Below, in pieces: positions 25,005 to 35,299 of a stretch of 64,000 nucleotides of DNA. The stretch spans positions 271,877 through 335,876 of the forward strand of contig CAVOUR010000014.1 of the NCBI GenBank assembly GCA_963699665.1, in the 5' to 3' direction. This DNA comes from an uncultured Alphaproteobacteria bacterium (GTDB taxonomy: Bacteria; Pseudomonadota; Alphaproteobacteria; Rhizobiales; Xanthobacteraceae). The position numbers and the translations under genes were made by a program. Position 1 is the stretch's first letter. Every line of letters starts with the position of its first letter. The notes beneath the pieces were generated by a model. It did not search any database. It was not told where the DNA came from and saw nothing but the letters and a program-made list of their open reading frames with translations.

Positions 25005-25179
25005 GACACTCGTCCTTGAGTTTTGCTCGCTGCTTGTTGGGCTGTCTCACATGAGAATTTTTGGAATCTAGTTCGGCCTCGCCGCCCGTTGCGCAAAGCC
25101 TCTTTGTGGTTTCACCGCAGCCGAACGCGCGACACTTCCAGGCCGGGGCTTCCACAACCGGATATAGCATCGATTTTGG

Positions 25180-25208
25180 TGCGGCGCAATACAGATTATT
25201 GCATTGCA
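25180..25208. promoter_or_regulatory. two TGC-N3-GCA palindromes (TGCGGCGCA and TGCATTGCA) spaced 20 bp start to start; candidate PhaR-type operator
   Basis: Seen at 25180..25188 and 25200..25208, in the AT-rich region upstream of the phasin gene that starts at 25004. Confidence 0.35.
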
Positions 25209-25306
25209 CAAATTTTATAAGGTATTGAAAGAATGGAACTTTAGGGAGTGCCGGCGTGGCGGCGAGGCTTGAGAGCCATCCCTGCCGCCGCGCTTTGGCG
25301 GCAAAA

Positions 25307-25690
25307 TCAGGGCTGCGGCTTGGCAGCATCGACCGCCATTTTGGCGGCACTTTGGCCGAGCTCCTGGACCTGCGTCGAGATCGTCTGCATCTGGCGGCTG
25401 AGGTATTCGGACTGCAGGCGCATGACGTCGGCGGCATCCTTCGCCTGCATCAGCTTCTGCGCAAAATCGAACGTCGCCGCCACATTCTGCTCGGCATAAG
25501 ACATTGATTTGTGGGCAATATCGTGGGCCGTGCTGCGCGCAGCATGGGCCTGGCCTTCGAGCTGCCCCATGGCCTGATTGGCGGCCTGGATGAAGCCATC
25601 GAAGGCCTTGCGCGCCTGCGCCACGCTCTGCTCGGCGAAAGCGCGCATCTCGTTCGGGACGGCAAATTGCTCGAAAGGATCCTTGGCCAT
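25307..25690 (-). CDS. phasin family protein
   Basis: 127 aa. The N-terminus is MAKDPFEQFAVPNEMRAFAEQSVAQARKAFDGFIQAANQA…. Confidence 0.85.
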   Translation of the reverse strand: MAKDPFEQFAVPNEMRAFAEQSVAQARKAFDGFIQAANQAMGQLEGQAHAARSTAHDIAHKSMSYAEQNVAATFDFAQKLMQAKDAADVMRLQSEYLSRQMQTISTQVQELGQSAAKMAVDAAKPQP

Positions 25691-25931
25691 GTTTTTTGCT
25701 CCTCAAAAGGCAGGCAACACGATCCTAGCTTAAATTTGCGTCAGACAGGCAAGTCCCGCCGACGGCGACGCGCCCGGGCAGGCGTGACGCATCGGGGACG
25801 CCTTCGCGACGCGTCGGCGGAACGGCGCGATTAAGGTTATCCAGCCAAGGCCTTGGCCAACGCGTCCCACGCCATGGACGGCGCATGGGGCCCGCACTAT
25901 TAAGACTTCATTAGGCAACAATTTCGGTCAC

Positions 25932-28751
25932 ATGCCGCCCGTGGAGTCAGAGCTTGCGTTATGGCGCGATCCGCACCTTGCGGCGCTGGCGACGAGCGCA
26001 TCGCCCGCCTGGTTGTGGAGCGTCGATGGCTCGCGGATGCTGTGGGCGAACGCCGTCGGCGCGGCGCTGTTTGGTGCGGCCGATTTGGCCGCATGCACGA
26101 AGCGCCGGTTCGACACCGACAATCCCGCCGCCGCGCAGATCGCTCGACTGGCCGCAACGCTGCCGTCGAGCCGGCCGCGCCTCGAACGGCTGCGCGGTTT
26201 CGGCCAGGCTTCCGGTCTCGGCCTCGGCCGCGCCGTCACCTGTGCGTGCTCGCGCCTGCCGCTTGCCGACGGCAACGTCGCGCTCCTGATCGCCGCGACC
26301 GAACCTGTTGGACCGCGGCTGTCGCTCGCCGAGCGGGTCCGCCGCCTGTTCGCCAATGCGGCGGAGCAGCTCGCGGTATTCGCGCCGGATGGCACGCTCC
26401 TGTATCAGACCGAAACCGCACGCGTTCGGTTGGGCGAGGCGCCTTCGTTGTCCGCGCTTGGCCTCGCCGCCATAGCGGCTCGGGCGCTCGAGACCGGCAG
26501 CGCGAGCTGCGTCGAAGCCAACATCGAGGCGGCGTTCCAGCGCCTCGGCGAGAATGCCTCCCGTGTGCTGGTGCTGATCCTGGCGCCGCAGCCGAGCGAA
26601 GCCGTCGCCGCGGCGATCGCCGCGGAGCTGGGCGAGACTGCGGGCCGGCCTGCGACATCCGAGGTCGCGCCGCCGCCGACCGCTGCGCCGCCCGACGCCG
26701 AGCCGCCGCTGCCGCCCACTCCGACATCGTCGCCGCCGCAAGACGCGCCGCTCGATCAGCCGATATCGGACCGGCGGCATCCGTTGCGGTTCGTCTGGCA
26801 GATGGATGCCGACGGCCGTTTTATCGTCGGGTCCGACGAGTTCATCGAGCTAGTCGGTCCGCGCACCATGGCGGCGTTCGGACGGCAATGGAGCGAGATC
26901 GCGGCGGAGCTGAAGCTCGACCCGAGCGATCAGCTGGCGCGGGCGGTCGGCACCCGTGAGACCTGGAGCGGCATCGTCGTGTCCTGGCCGGTCGACGAGA
27001 TCAACGAGCGGCTGCCGGTCGAGTTGTCGGGCCTGCCGGTGTTCGATCGCGAACGCAGCTACCGCGGCTATCGCGGCTTCGGCGTGTGCCGGGACATCGG
27101 CCGCCTCAATCAACTGGCGCGGGCGCGCCGGGAACGTCCGATCGGTTTCATGCCCATTGCGGAAAATCCGCCGCAGCCGGCGGAGCCGGCCGACGTCGAT
27201 CGCGCCGCGGCCGCAGCACGGCAGAGCGCGGCGGCTGCCGACGCGCCGGTCGCGGCCGAGGCCGCAACGCGGCCTGAGCGGCCAGCCCTGAGCATTGCGG
27301 TTGGCTCCGCCAACGTGGTGCCGTTCCGTCCGGGGCCGACGATGGAGCCGAAGGCGCCGGTGCTCAGCCCGGTGGAGCGCCGGGCGTTTCGCGAACTGGC
27401 GCAGGAACTGACGGCCCGGTTGCGCGGAACGCCGGAGGCGGCCGCCGAGACGCCCATCGAAGGCGCGCTGGCCGAAGATCGGCATCTGGCGAGCGAAGCC
27501 GTCGAGCCGGCCGCGGCCGCCGCGGCCGAGACGCTGGTCCCGTCGATGGAACAGCGCGACGCCGAACCGCGGCGTGACACCGATGACGGTGAGTCACAGA
27601 CACCGCTGAGCGGCGCCGGCGCAGCCGCGCCACTGCAGACGGCCGCGCCGGATGAGCCGGCGCTGTTCGACCGCATGCCAATCGGATTTCTGGTGTACCG
27701 GCATGACGCGCTGCTCTACGCCAATCGCCGGTTTCTCGAGTGGACCGGTTTCGACACCCTTGACGGGCTTGCGGCGGCCGGCGGCCTGAATTCCCTGTTC
27801 GTCGAACCGGCCACCGCAACGCTTGCCGAAAGTGACGAGCCGCGCTCGCTGTCGATCACGACGCGTCACGGCGAGACGCTGCCGGTCGATGGTCGCCTGT
27901 TCGCGCTGCCGTGGCATGGCGCGCCGGCGCTGGCGCTGGTCCTGGCCAATGGTGCGGGCGTGCAAGCGCTGCGGTCGACCGAACAGGCGCTCGCCGCCGC
28001 CGAAACCGAGTTGCGCAACGCGCAACGCGAGGCGCAAAAGGCCGCGGCGGCGAAGGCCGATTTCCTCGCCAAGGTCAGTCATGAAATTCGCACGCCGCTC
28101 AACGCCATTACGGGCTTCGCCGAGGTCATCATGGCGGAGCGTTTCGGCCCGATCGGCAACGAGCGCTACCGCGAATATCTCAAGGATATTTACGGCGCCG
28201 GAACGCACCTGGTTGCGCTGCTCAACGACCTGCTCGATCTGTCCAAGATCGAGACCGGGCGGCTCGATCTGACTTTCGTCAATGTCAATCTCAACGACCT
28301 CATCCAGCAATGCGTCGGCATCATGCAGCCGCAGGCCAACCGCAGCCGCATCATCATCCGCACGGCGCTGACGCCGGCGCTGCACCAGGTCGTCGCCGAC
28401 GAGCGGTCGCTGCGCCAGATCGTGCTCAATCTGCTGGCCAATGCCATCAGATTTACCGGCCCGGGCGGCCAGGCGATCGTGTCCACGGCGGTGTCCGACG
28501 GCGGCGAGGTCATCGTGCGCGTGCGCGATACCGGCGTCGGCATGAGCGAGGCCGACGTCGCGCTGGCGCTCGAGCCGTTCCGCCAAACCGCCACGTCGGG
28601 AAGCTGGGGCTCCGGCGGCACCGGCCTCGGCTTGCCCCTGACCAAGGCGCTGGCCGAGGCCAACCGCGCGCATTTCAGCATCAAGAGCGCGCCGAACGCC
28701 GGCACCCTGGTCGAAATCACTTTTCCGCCGAGCCGGGTCGCCGCGAATTAG
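25932..28751 (+). CDS. sensor histidine kinase with a long N-terminal sensory region (PAS-like), HisKA and HATPase_c; no receiver domain
   Basis: 939 aa. The H-box is FLAKVSHEIRTPLNAITGF. The N/G boxes are …NLLANAIRFT…VRDTGVGM…GGTGLGLPLTKAL…. Confidence 0.85.
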   Translation: MPPVESELALWRDPHLAALATSASPAWLWSVDGSRMLWANAVGAALFGAADLAACTKRRFDTDNPAAAQIARLAATLPSSRPRLERLRGFGQASGLGLGRAVTCACSRLPLADGNVALLIAATEPVGPRLSLAERVRRLFANAAEQLAVFAPDGTLLYQTETARVRLGEAPSLSALGLAAIAARALETGSASCVEANIEAAFQRLGENASRVLVLILAPQPSEAVAAAIAAELGETAGRPATSEVAPPPTAAPPDAEPPLPPTPTSSPPQDAPLDQPISDRRHPLRFVWQMDADGRFIVGSDEFIELVGPRTMAAFGRQWSEIAAELKLDPSDQLARAVGTRETWSGIVVSWPVDEINERLPVELSGLPVFDRERSYRGYRGFGVCRDIGRLNQLARARRERPIGFMPIAENPPQPAEPADVDRAAAAARQSAAAADAPVAAEAATRPERPALSIAVGSANVVPFRPGPTMEPKAPVLSPVERRAFRELAQELTARLRGTPEAAAETPIEGALAEDRHLASEAVEPAAAAAAETLVPSMEQRDAEPRRDTDDGESQTPLSGAGAAAPLQTAAPDEPALFDRMPIGFLVYRHDALLYANRRFLEWTGFDTLDGLAAAGGLNSLFVEPATATLAESDEPRSLSITTRHGETLPVDGRLFALPWHGAPALALVLANGAGVQALRSTEQALAAAETELRNAQREAQKAAAAKADFLAKVSHEIRTPLNAITGFAEVIMAERFGPIGNERYREYLKDIYGAGTHLVALLNDLLDLSKIETGRLDLTFVNVNLNDLIQQCVGIMQPQANRSRIIIRTALTPALHQVVADERSLRQIVLNLLANAIRFTGPGGQAIVSTAVSDGGEVIVRVRDTGVGMSEADVALALEPFRQTATSGSWGSGGTGLGLPLTKALAEANRAHFSIKSAPNAGTLVEITFPPSRVAAN

Positions 28752-28884
28752 GCCGGCTGCCGCCACCGCCCGGCCCATCGCCCGCCGCTATCCACTGATT
28801 ACTGATTGGATGATGCGCGCCCGGCAAAATCATATAGACTTGGCGCGTCGGGGCGTGGGTGCCGCGCGGTAATCCGCGGCTGAG

Positions 28885-29655
28885 GTGGCGACCATGGGCA
28901 TGCGCAGAGCCCTCCGGACATTTTTGATCTCGGGTTCGATCCTGGGGACGATCTTGGCGCCGGCCGCGGCGCGGGCCGCCGACGACGTCGATCTGCTGCT
29001 GGTGCTTGCGGTCGACGTGTCGCGCAGCATCGACGCCACCAAGTTCCAGCTGCAGCGCGAGGGCTATGCGGCCGCAGTCTCGGATCCTCATGTCCTCGAA
29101 GCCATCGGGTCGGGCCGCATCGGCCGCATCGGATTGACGCTCGTGGAGTGGTCGGGCGTGGGCGCCCAGAAGGTGGTGGTGGACTGGACGGCGATCGGCG
29201 ACGTCGAGTCGGCCAAGGGCTTCGGCGACCGCCTGCTCGAGGCGCCGCGTTCGTTCGCCGACCGCACGTCGATCAGCGCCGGCATCGAATTCGCCCTGGG
29301 ACAAATCGACAAGGCGCCCTACGCGTCCGCGCGCCACACCATCGACGTCTCCGGCGACGGCACCAACAATGCCGGTCCCGACGTCGCGGCGGCGCGCGAT
29401 GCGGCGGTCGCCAAAGGCATCACCATCAACGGCTTGCCGATCCTCAGCGAGAATCCGATGTCGTGGAATCCGGATCACACCAATCCGCCGGGCGGACTCG
29501 CCAATTATTATCGCAGCAACGTCATGGGCGGCCCGAGCGCCTTCGTCATGGTCGCCGAGAACTTCAACTCGTTCGGTCAAGCCATCGTCAAGAAAATGAT
29601 CGCCGAAGTGGCGCAGGCGCGCGCCCCGCTGTCGCATCAGGCGGCGGTGCGGTGA
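28885..29655 (+). CDS. DUF1194 (vWA-like) domain protein, secreted
   Basis: The sequence has a signal peptide, then …DLLLVLAVDVSRSID…IDVSGDGTNN…GITINGLPI…. Confidence 0.8.
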   Translation: MATMGMRRALRTFLISGSILGTILAPAAARAADDVDLLLVLAVDVSRSIDATKFQLQREGYAAAVSDPHVLEAIGSGRIGRIGLTLVEWSGVGAQKVVVDWTAIGDVESAKGFGDRLLEAPRSFADRTSISAGIEFALGQIDKAPYASARHTIDVSGDGTNNAGPDVAAARDAAVAKGITINGLPILSENPMSWNPDHTNPPGGLANYYRSNVMGGPSAFVMVAENFNSFGQAIVKKMIAEVAQARAPLSHQAAVR

Positions 29656-29734
29656 TCGCTGCCGGGCAGCTGCGAATCCACGGCAAGGCACGCGCTCGCG
29701 AGCGACCGCGCTGAATTCGGCGCCGGACAAATTT

Positions 29735-31819
29735 TTGCTTTCATCTCCGGCATTTGCGGTCGATCCTGCAATCGGCTGCGGCCACGAAAGCGACACAGAT
29801 GACGGGCAGGTTTGTCGCCAACCCACCCATCGGTATATTTCAGCTGGTTTCGACAACACCGGACATGCGTCCTTGCGCCCATTGACCGCGGCTACCGGAT
29901 TCAAACGTGTCGCGCTCGCGGCAGGCGCCATTGTAGCGGTGGCTTTTGTCACGCTGGTTGCGCTGTCGTTCCTTATTCCGGCGGCGACGGTCCGCGACGC
30001 GGTCGCGAAGGAGATTCACGCCGTCACCGGACTCGATCCGATCTTGCGCGGCAGCGTTTCGGTTTCACTGTTCCCATCGGGAACCGTAAGCTTTCACGAC
30101 GTGCTGTTGGGCGACGATCGGACCGGCGAGCCCGCCGTGGTGGCCGAGGAGCTGACCGCGCGGCTGCGCTATTTCCCGTTGCTCGCCGGGCACATCGAAA
30201 TCGCCGATGTGACGCTGGTGCGGCCGACGATCACCGTCACGTTCCAGCCGGGCGGCCAATCGAATTGGTCGGGATTTGCCGCGTCGCTGGCGCGGGCGCT
30301 CGCACCCGATCCCGACCGCGCGGCGTCGTTTTCCGAGATCGGCATCAACGACGGTACCATCGTCGTCCGCGACCTGGAAAAGGGCTATGTCGAGCGGCTC
30401 GACGGGGTGCAGTTCCAGCTCGCCTGGCCGTCGATCTCGCGCAGCTTCGGCGCCAACGGGCATTTCGTCTGGCATGACGAGCCGGTCGAGGCGAGCCTGA
30501 CGCTCGGCGATTTTCTCGCCGCGCTGACGGGCGAGCGCTCGAGCGTCAAGCTGCGGGTCGCCGGTGCGCCGCTCAATCTGGCGTTCGACGGCGCCGCCAG
30601 CATGCAGCCGACGCTCAAGCTCGAAGGCACGCTTGGCGTCGAGGCGCCGTCGCTGCGCGAGGCCATGGGGTGGACCGGCAAGAGCAAGATTCCGTTCGGC
30701 GGTTTCGGGCGTTTCGCGCTGCGGGCGCAAAGCACGATCGGCGGCGGCGTGATCGCGCTGGCGAATGTCAATGTCGAGCTCGACGGCAACACCGCCGAGG
30801 GCGTGCTCACGCTGTCGGGCGGCGATCGCCGCATGGTTGCCGGCACGCTGGCGGCCGACGCGCTGGATTTGACGCCTTACGTCTCCGGCGTTCGATTGAT
30901 GTCGGCCACCGACCGTAACTGGGACCCGTTGCCGATTGCGCTGGATGGGTTGTCCGACCTCAATCTCGACCTGAGGCTCTCGGCGGCGAGCATCAAGATC
31001 GCGGCCGCGCAACTGGGGCGCACGGCGGTCGCGGCGAATATGAACGACGGCAAGCTCAGCATCACGATCGGCGAGTTGCAGGCCTATGGCGGCGTCGTCA
31101 AAGGCTCGGTCGGGCTTGCCAGCGCCAGGGGCGGCGTCGAGGCGACCTCGCACGTGCAATTCACCGACGTCGACCTCGACAGCTGCCTCGGCCAGGTGTT
31201 CGGCGTGCACAAGCTCGCCGGCCGCGGCAACCTGGCGTTCGACGTCGACGGCTCCGGGAATTCCGTGCTGGCGGTGACCAACACGCTCAACGGCACGGCC
31301 AACCTCAATGCCCATTCCGGCGCCCTGGTCGGCATCAATGTCGAGCAACTGCTGCGCCGGCTCGAGCGCCGTCCGCTATCGGGCAATGGCGATTTCCGCT
31401 CCGGCAGCACGCCGTTCGATCAGCTGGTGCTCAGCCTCAAGATCGACCAAGGGGTGGTGTCGGTCGATGAGATGCATATCGACGGACCGTCGGTCCGCCT
31501 GGCGGTTGCCGGGCAGGCCTCGGTGCCGACCCGCGATCTCGATCTCAAAGGCACCGCGACGCTGATCTCCAATGCGACCGCCAACGAGTTCGAGCTGCCG
31601 TTCGTGGTGCAGGGCCGCTGGGACGATCCGATCATGCTGCCGGATGCGCAGAGCCTGATCCGCCATTCCGGCGCGGCTGCCCCGCTGCTCGATGCGGTGC
31701 GGGGTCACACCGCCGGCGAAGCGGTGCGCTCGGTGATCGACCAGCTCTTGGCGGCGCCGCCCGCCGCGCCGACCACGGCGCCCGCAAGCCCGGCCTCCGC
31801 CCCGGCCAGCGCCCGATAG
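29735..31819 (+). CDS. AsmA-family outer-membrane assembly protein
   Basis: It has an N-terminal TM segment (VALAAGAIVAVAFVTLVALSFLI) and a long beta-rich body. The start is uncertain; the TTG at 29882 is a better candidate. Confidence 0.75.
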   Translation: MLSSPAFAVDPAIGCGHESDTDDGQVCRQPTHRYISAGFDNTGHASLRPLTAATGFKRVALAAGAIVAVAFVTLVALSFLIPAATVRDAVAKEIHAVTGLDPILRGSVSVSLFPSGTVSFHDVLLGDDRTGEPAVVAEELTARLRYFPLLAGHIEIADVTLVRPTITVTFQPGGQSNWSGFAASLARALAPDPDRAASFSEIGINDGTIVVRDLEKGYVERLDGVQFQLAWPSISRSFGANGHFVWHDEPVEASLTLGDFLAALTGERSSVKLRVAGAPLNLAFDGAASMQPTLKLEGTLGVEAPSLREAMGWTGKSKIPFGGFGRFALRAQSTIGGGVIALANVNVELDGNTAEGVLTLSGGDRRMVAGTLAADALDLTPYVSGVRLMSATDRNWDPLPIALDGLSDLNLDLRLSAASIKIAAAQLGRTAVAANMNDGKLSITIGELQAYGGVVKGSVGLASARGGVEATSHVQFTDVDLDSCLGQVFGVHKLAGRGNLAFDVDGSGNSVLAVTNTLNGTANLNAHSGALVGINVEQLLRRLERRPLSGNGDFRSGSTPFDQLVLSLKIDQGVVSVDEMHIDGPSVRLAVAGQASVPTRDLDLKGTATLISNATANEFELPFVVQGRWDDPIMLPDAQSLIRHSGAAAPLLDAVRGHTAGEAVRSVIDQLLAAPPAAPTTAPASPASAPASAR

Positions 31820-31971
31820 TTCGTCGTTGCAGTCCGGCGCGCGGGCGCGAAACGCCTCAAAAAGCCGCTGCCGGCTCTCGGATTAAGGCGGCGGCAGGCA
31901 TTTTCACCGATCATGCACTATGATTTCCCGATACGAATCAGCGCGGGTTTGGCGCCCGCGACAGGGGCAGG

Positions 31972-32226
31972 ATGCTCAACCGCCTCACGCGCACACTGGT
32001 CAAGGTGCTGGTCGCCTCGCTGATCGTCGGAACGATCCTTGCTCATTTCGGCATCACCACGGGCGAACTGATCGCGGCCGCCGGTCTGTCGCCCGACCGC
32101 ATCGGCGAACTGGCGCGCGAGGGCGTCGCCTGGGCGCTGCCCAATCTGCTGCTCGGCTCGCTGGTGATCGTTCCGGTCTGGTTCGTGCTCTACCTGTTCC
32201 GGCCGCCGGGCGAGAGCAGCGATTGA
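31972..32226 (+). CDS. small integral membrane protein (two TM helices), conserved hypothetical
   Basis: 84 aa: MLNRLTRTLVKVLVASLIVGTILAHF…LLLGSLVIVPVWFVLYLF. Confidence 0.6.
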   Translation: MLNRLTRTLVKVLVASLIVGTILAHFGITTGELIAAAGLSPDRIGELAREGVAWALPNLLLGSLVIVPVWFVLYLFRPPGESSD

Positions 32227-32278
32227 ACCGGCGCCACGGACGGCACACGCCGGCCCGGGCGCTCGGCCGGGCGAGCGC

Positions 32279-32818
32279 TCAATTCACCGGCGTCAGCGCC
32301 GGCGCTTCGACCATCGGGACATCGTCGAGGGATTCGGTCGCCAGCTTGCGCGGCTCCGGGCCGTAATAATCGCCGAGTTGCACCACCGGCCGCGGCTCCA
32401 TCATGATGGAGACCAGGCGGTCGTAAAGCGCCTTCGCCGAAACCGGCTTGATCAGGTATTCGTGGACGCCAAGCCGCACCGCCTCGACCACGCGCCATCG
32501 CTCGCCGTGGCCGCTGAGCATGATGATCGGTACGTCCGGCATCGGGAACACGCCGGGCGAGCGCACGATCCGCACCAGCTCGGCGCCGCTCAACAGCGGC
32601 ATTTCCCAATCGAGGATCACCACGTCGGGCGCGAGGCTGCGGATGGCGTCGAGGGCCGCGATGCCGTCATTGGCCTCGTAGATGTCCTTGACGCCGCAAT
32701 TGACCAACAGCGTGCGGATCACCTTGCGCATGTACTGACTGTCGTCGACCACCAGAATCGTGAGCGATCGGATCTGCTCGGCGATTTCCGCCTTCGACAC
32801 GCTCGATGCCGTTTCCAT
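32279..32818 (-). CDS. single-domain (CheY-like) response regulator with a C-terminal extension
   Basis: Counted from METASS…. The receiver motifs are ILVVDDSQYMRK…VVILDWEMPLLSG…LIKPVS. Confidence 0.85.
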   Translation of the reverse strand: METASSVSKAEIAEQIRSLTILVVDDSQYMRKVIRTLLVNCGVKDIYEANDGIAALDAIRSLAPDVVILDWEMPLLSGAELVRIVRSPGVFPMPDVPIIMLSGHGERWRVVEAVRLGVHEYLIKPVSAKALYDRLVSIMMEPRPVVQLGDYYGPEPRKLATESLDDVPMVEAPALTPVN

Positions 32819-32919
32819 GGCGCCCCTTGCCGTCCCGCCGCAGGCGATGACGCGTCGTCTCGGCGCCGATCTGACCACATGTTGTTGATTTCGAGGTGAA
32901 ACGGATCGGTAAAATTCGA

Positions 32920-33606
32920 TCAATCTCGCCCGGCTGCGCGCGATCGGATCGGCCGGCCCTCCAGCCCGGCGTCGCGCACCGCCGCGTAAGGCCCGATCGG
33001 CCGCATGGTGAACGAGGATTCGACGCTGGTGTAGTCATGATAGCCAAGCCGGGCCAGCGGACGGATTTTCACGACGTCCAGCTTGCCGTCCGGCGTCAGC
33101 GCATCGTCGCGGATATGGACGCCGACGACGCGGCCGATGACGACGTGATGCACGCCGTCGAGCGTGCGTGCCGGCAACGCCGTCGCGGAGTGGAATTTGC
33201 ACTCCAGATGCACCGGCGAGGCCGCGACGCGCGGCGGCCGAACCAGGCGTGACGCGATCATGTCCAGACCGGCGAGCGCCGCCTCGTCGACGCCGGGCGG
33301 CACGAATTGCGAGGTCACGTTGACCGCTTCGCGCAACTCATAGGTCGCCATATTGACGACGAATTCGCCGGTATCGGCAGCGTTCTTGGCGCTGTCCTTG
33401 CGCCGCCCGGTCTCCGGGAACGAATTCGCCGAGAACATCACGTAAGGCGGATCGTAGGCCAGATTGTTGAACTGGCTGTACGGCGCGAGATTGACGACGC
33501 CGTCGTAACTGACGGTCGATATCCAGCCGATCGGCCGCGGCACCACGATCGACTTGTAGGGATTGAACGGCAGGCCGTGATTGTCCTTGTCGGGTTCGTA
33601 AAACAT
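32920..33606 (-). CDS. flavin reductase-like (FMN-binding split-barrel) protein
   Basis: Counted from MFYEPDKDNHGLPFNPYKSIVVPRPIGWISTVS…NLAPYSQFN…. Confidence 0.8.
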   Translation of the reverse strand: MFYEPDKDNHGLPFNPYKSIVVPRPIGWISTVSYDGVVNLAPYSQFNNLAYDPPYVMFSANSFPETGRRKDSAKNAADTGEFVVNMATYELREAVNVTSQFVPPGVDEAALAGLDMIASRLVRPPRVAASPVHLECKFHSATALPARTLDGVHHVVIGRVVGVHIRDDALTPDGKLDVVKIRPLARLGYHDYTSVESSFTMRPIGPYAAVRDAGLEGRPIRSRAAGRD

Positions 33607-33707
33607 CGCTGACGATCCTGTGTTCGGGCGCGGGCAAGTGCGCCCATAGCGCACTACCGGTGAAGGTTGCTGGGAGGAGAAGAGCCTACCTTGCCCCAAA
33701 CGCCGCG

Positions 33708-35204
33708 TCATGTCGGCAAGCTGTTCGATGGCATCATGAAACGATCGAGGCTGGCGCGCTCGGTGTCGGACAGTCGCAGGCCGAGCTTGGAGCGGCGCCA
33801 CAGCACGTCGTCGGCGGTCTGCGCCCATTCCGTGGTCTTCAGGTAGCGCACCTCGACGGCCGTCAGGTCGGCGCCGAAGCGCATGCCGAGGTCGGCAGGG
33901 CCGGCCACGCCCTTGAGCATGGTGTCGACCCGCGTGCCATAAGCCCGCGCCAGCCGCCGCGCATGATCGGCGTCGAGAAACGGCCAACGGCGCAAGGTGC
34001 GCGCCACGAGGGTTTCGAAGCCGTCGTAGACGAAGTCACCGCCCGGCAACGGGCTCCGCGCGGTCCAAGGCGTCGTCCGCGGGAAGAAGTGCGCAAGTTT
34101 CGCCAACGCTTCCTCGGCCAGCTTGCGGTAGGTCGTGATCTTGCCGCCATAGACGGTCAACAGCGGCGCTTCGCCGGGGCGCTCGTCGAGCATCAACGCA
34201 TATTCGCGGCCGACGTCCTGCGCCTGGCGCGCGCCGTCGTCATACAGCGCGCGCACGCCCGCATAGGCCCACACCACGTCGGCCGTGCCGATCGAAGCGC
34301 GGAAATACTCGTTGATGACGCCGCAGAGATAGTCGATCTCCGCGCCGCTCGGCGCCACCTCGGCGGGATCGCCGGTAAAGCTCTGATCGGTCGTGCCGAT
34401 CAACGTGAAGTCGCGCTCGAACGGAATCGCGAATACCACGCGGCCGTCGGCGGCTTGCAGAATGTAGGCGCGGTCGTGATCGTAGAGCCGCCGTACCACG
34501 ATGTGGCTGCCCTTGTCGAGCCGCAGCCGCGGGCGCTCGAGGCGCGCCCGCAGCGCGGTCTCGGCGAACATCTCGACCCAGGCGCCGGTGGCGTTGACCA
34601 GAACCCGTGCCGTCGCCACGTCGCGCCGGCCGCGGCTGTTGAGAATGAGCCGCCAGGCTTCGCCGCGCTCGGCGCGCACGCAGCGGGTGCGGGTGCGGAT
34701 CGCGGCGCCGCGCTCGGCGGCATCGAGCGCATTGACGACGACGAGGCGGGCGTCGTCGGCCAGGCAGTCGGAATATTCGTAGGCATGATGGTAGGTGCGC
34801 CGCAGCGCCACGCCGGCCTCGTCGGTCAGGAGATCGAGTTCGCGCGTCCCCGGCAGGATTTTGCGCCAGCCCATCCAGTCGTACAGCAAAAGTCCCAGCC
34901 GCAGCATCAAGGCCGAGCGCCGCGCCTCGTTGACCGGCAGCACGAAACGCAGCGGCCGGACCAGATGCGGCGCGGCGCGCAGCAGGATTTCGCGCTCGCG
35001 CAGCGCTTCGCGCACCAGGTGAAATTCGCGCTGCTCCAGATAGCGCAGGCCGCCATGGATCAGCTTCGAGGAGGCCGACGACGTGCCGGAGGCCAGATCG
35101 TTCTGCTCGATGAGCACGACCCGCAAGCCGCGTCCGGCGGCGTCGCGGGCGATGCCGGCGCCATTGATGCCGCCGCCGATGACGGCGAGATCGAAATCAG
35201 CCAC
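33708..35204 (-). CDS. glpD: FAD-dependent glycerol-3-phosphate dehydrogenase
   Basis: The GTG start at 35204 is preceded by GGGAGA. The sequence has DLAVIGGGINGAGIARDAAGRGL…SSASSKLIHGGLRYLE…. Confidence 0.85.
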   Translation of the reverse strand: MADFDLAVIGGGINGAGIARDAAGRGLRVVLIEQNDLASGTSSASSKLIHGGLRYLEQREFHLVREALREREILLRAAPHLVRPLRFVLPVNEARRSALMLRLGLLLYDWMGWRKILPGTRELDLLTDEAGVALRRTYHHAYEYSDCLADDARLVVVNALDAAERGAAIRTRTRCVRAERGEAWRLILNSRGRRDVATARVLVNATGAWVEMFAETALRARLERPRLRLDKGSHIVVRRLYDHDRAYILQAADGRVVFAIPFERDFTLIGTTDQSFTGDPAEVAPSGAEIDYLCGVINEYFRASIGTADVVWAYAGVRALYDDGARQAQDVGREYALMLDERPGEAPLLTVYGGKITTYRKLAEEALAKLAHFFPRTTPWTARSPLPGGDFVYDGFETLVARTLRRWPFLDADHARRLARAYGTRVDTMLKGVAGPADLGMRFGADLTAVEVRYLKTTEWAQTADDVLWRRSKLGLRLSDTERASLDRFMMPSNSLPT

Positions 35205-35299
35205 TGCATTCTCCCGGCGCAGACTAGCGCGCTCTCGTCGCGCACGGGGAGAGCGAAATTGCGGCTTGCCAGGAACCGCCAATCGGCGATGATGACGTC

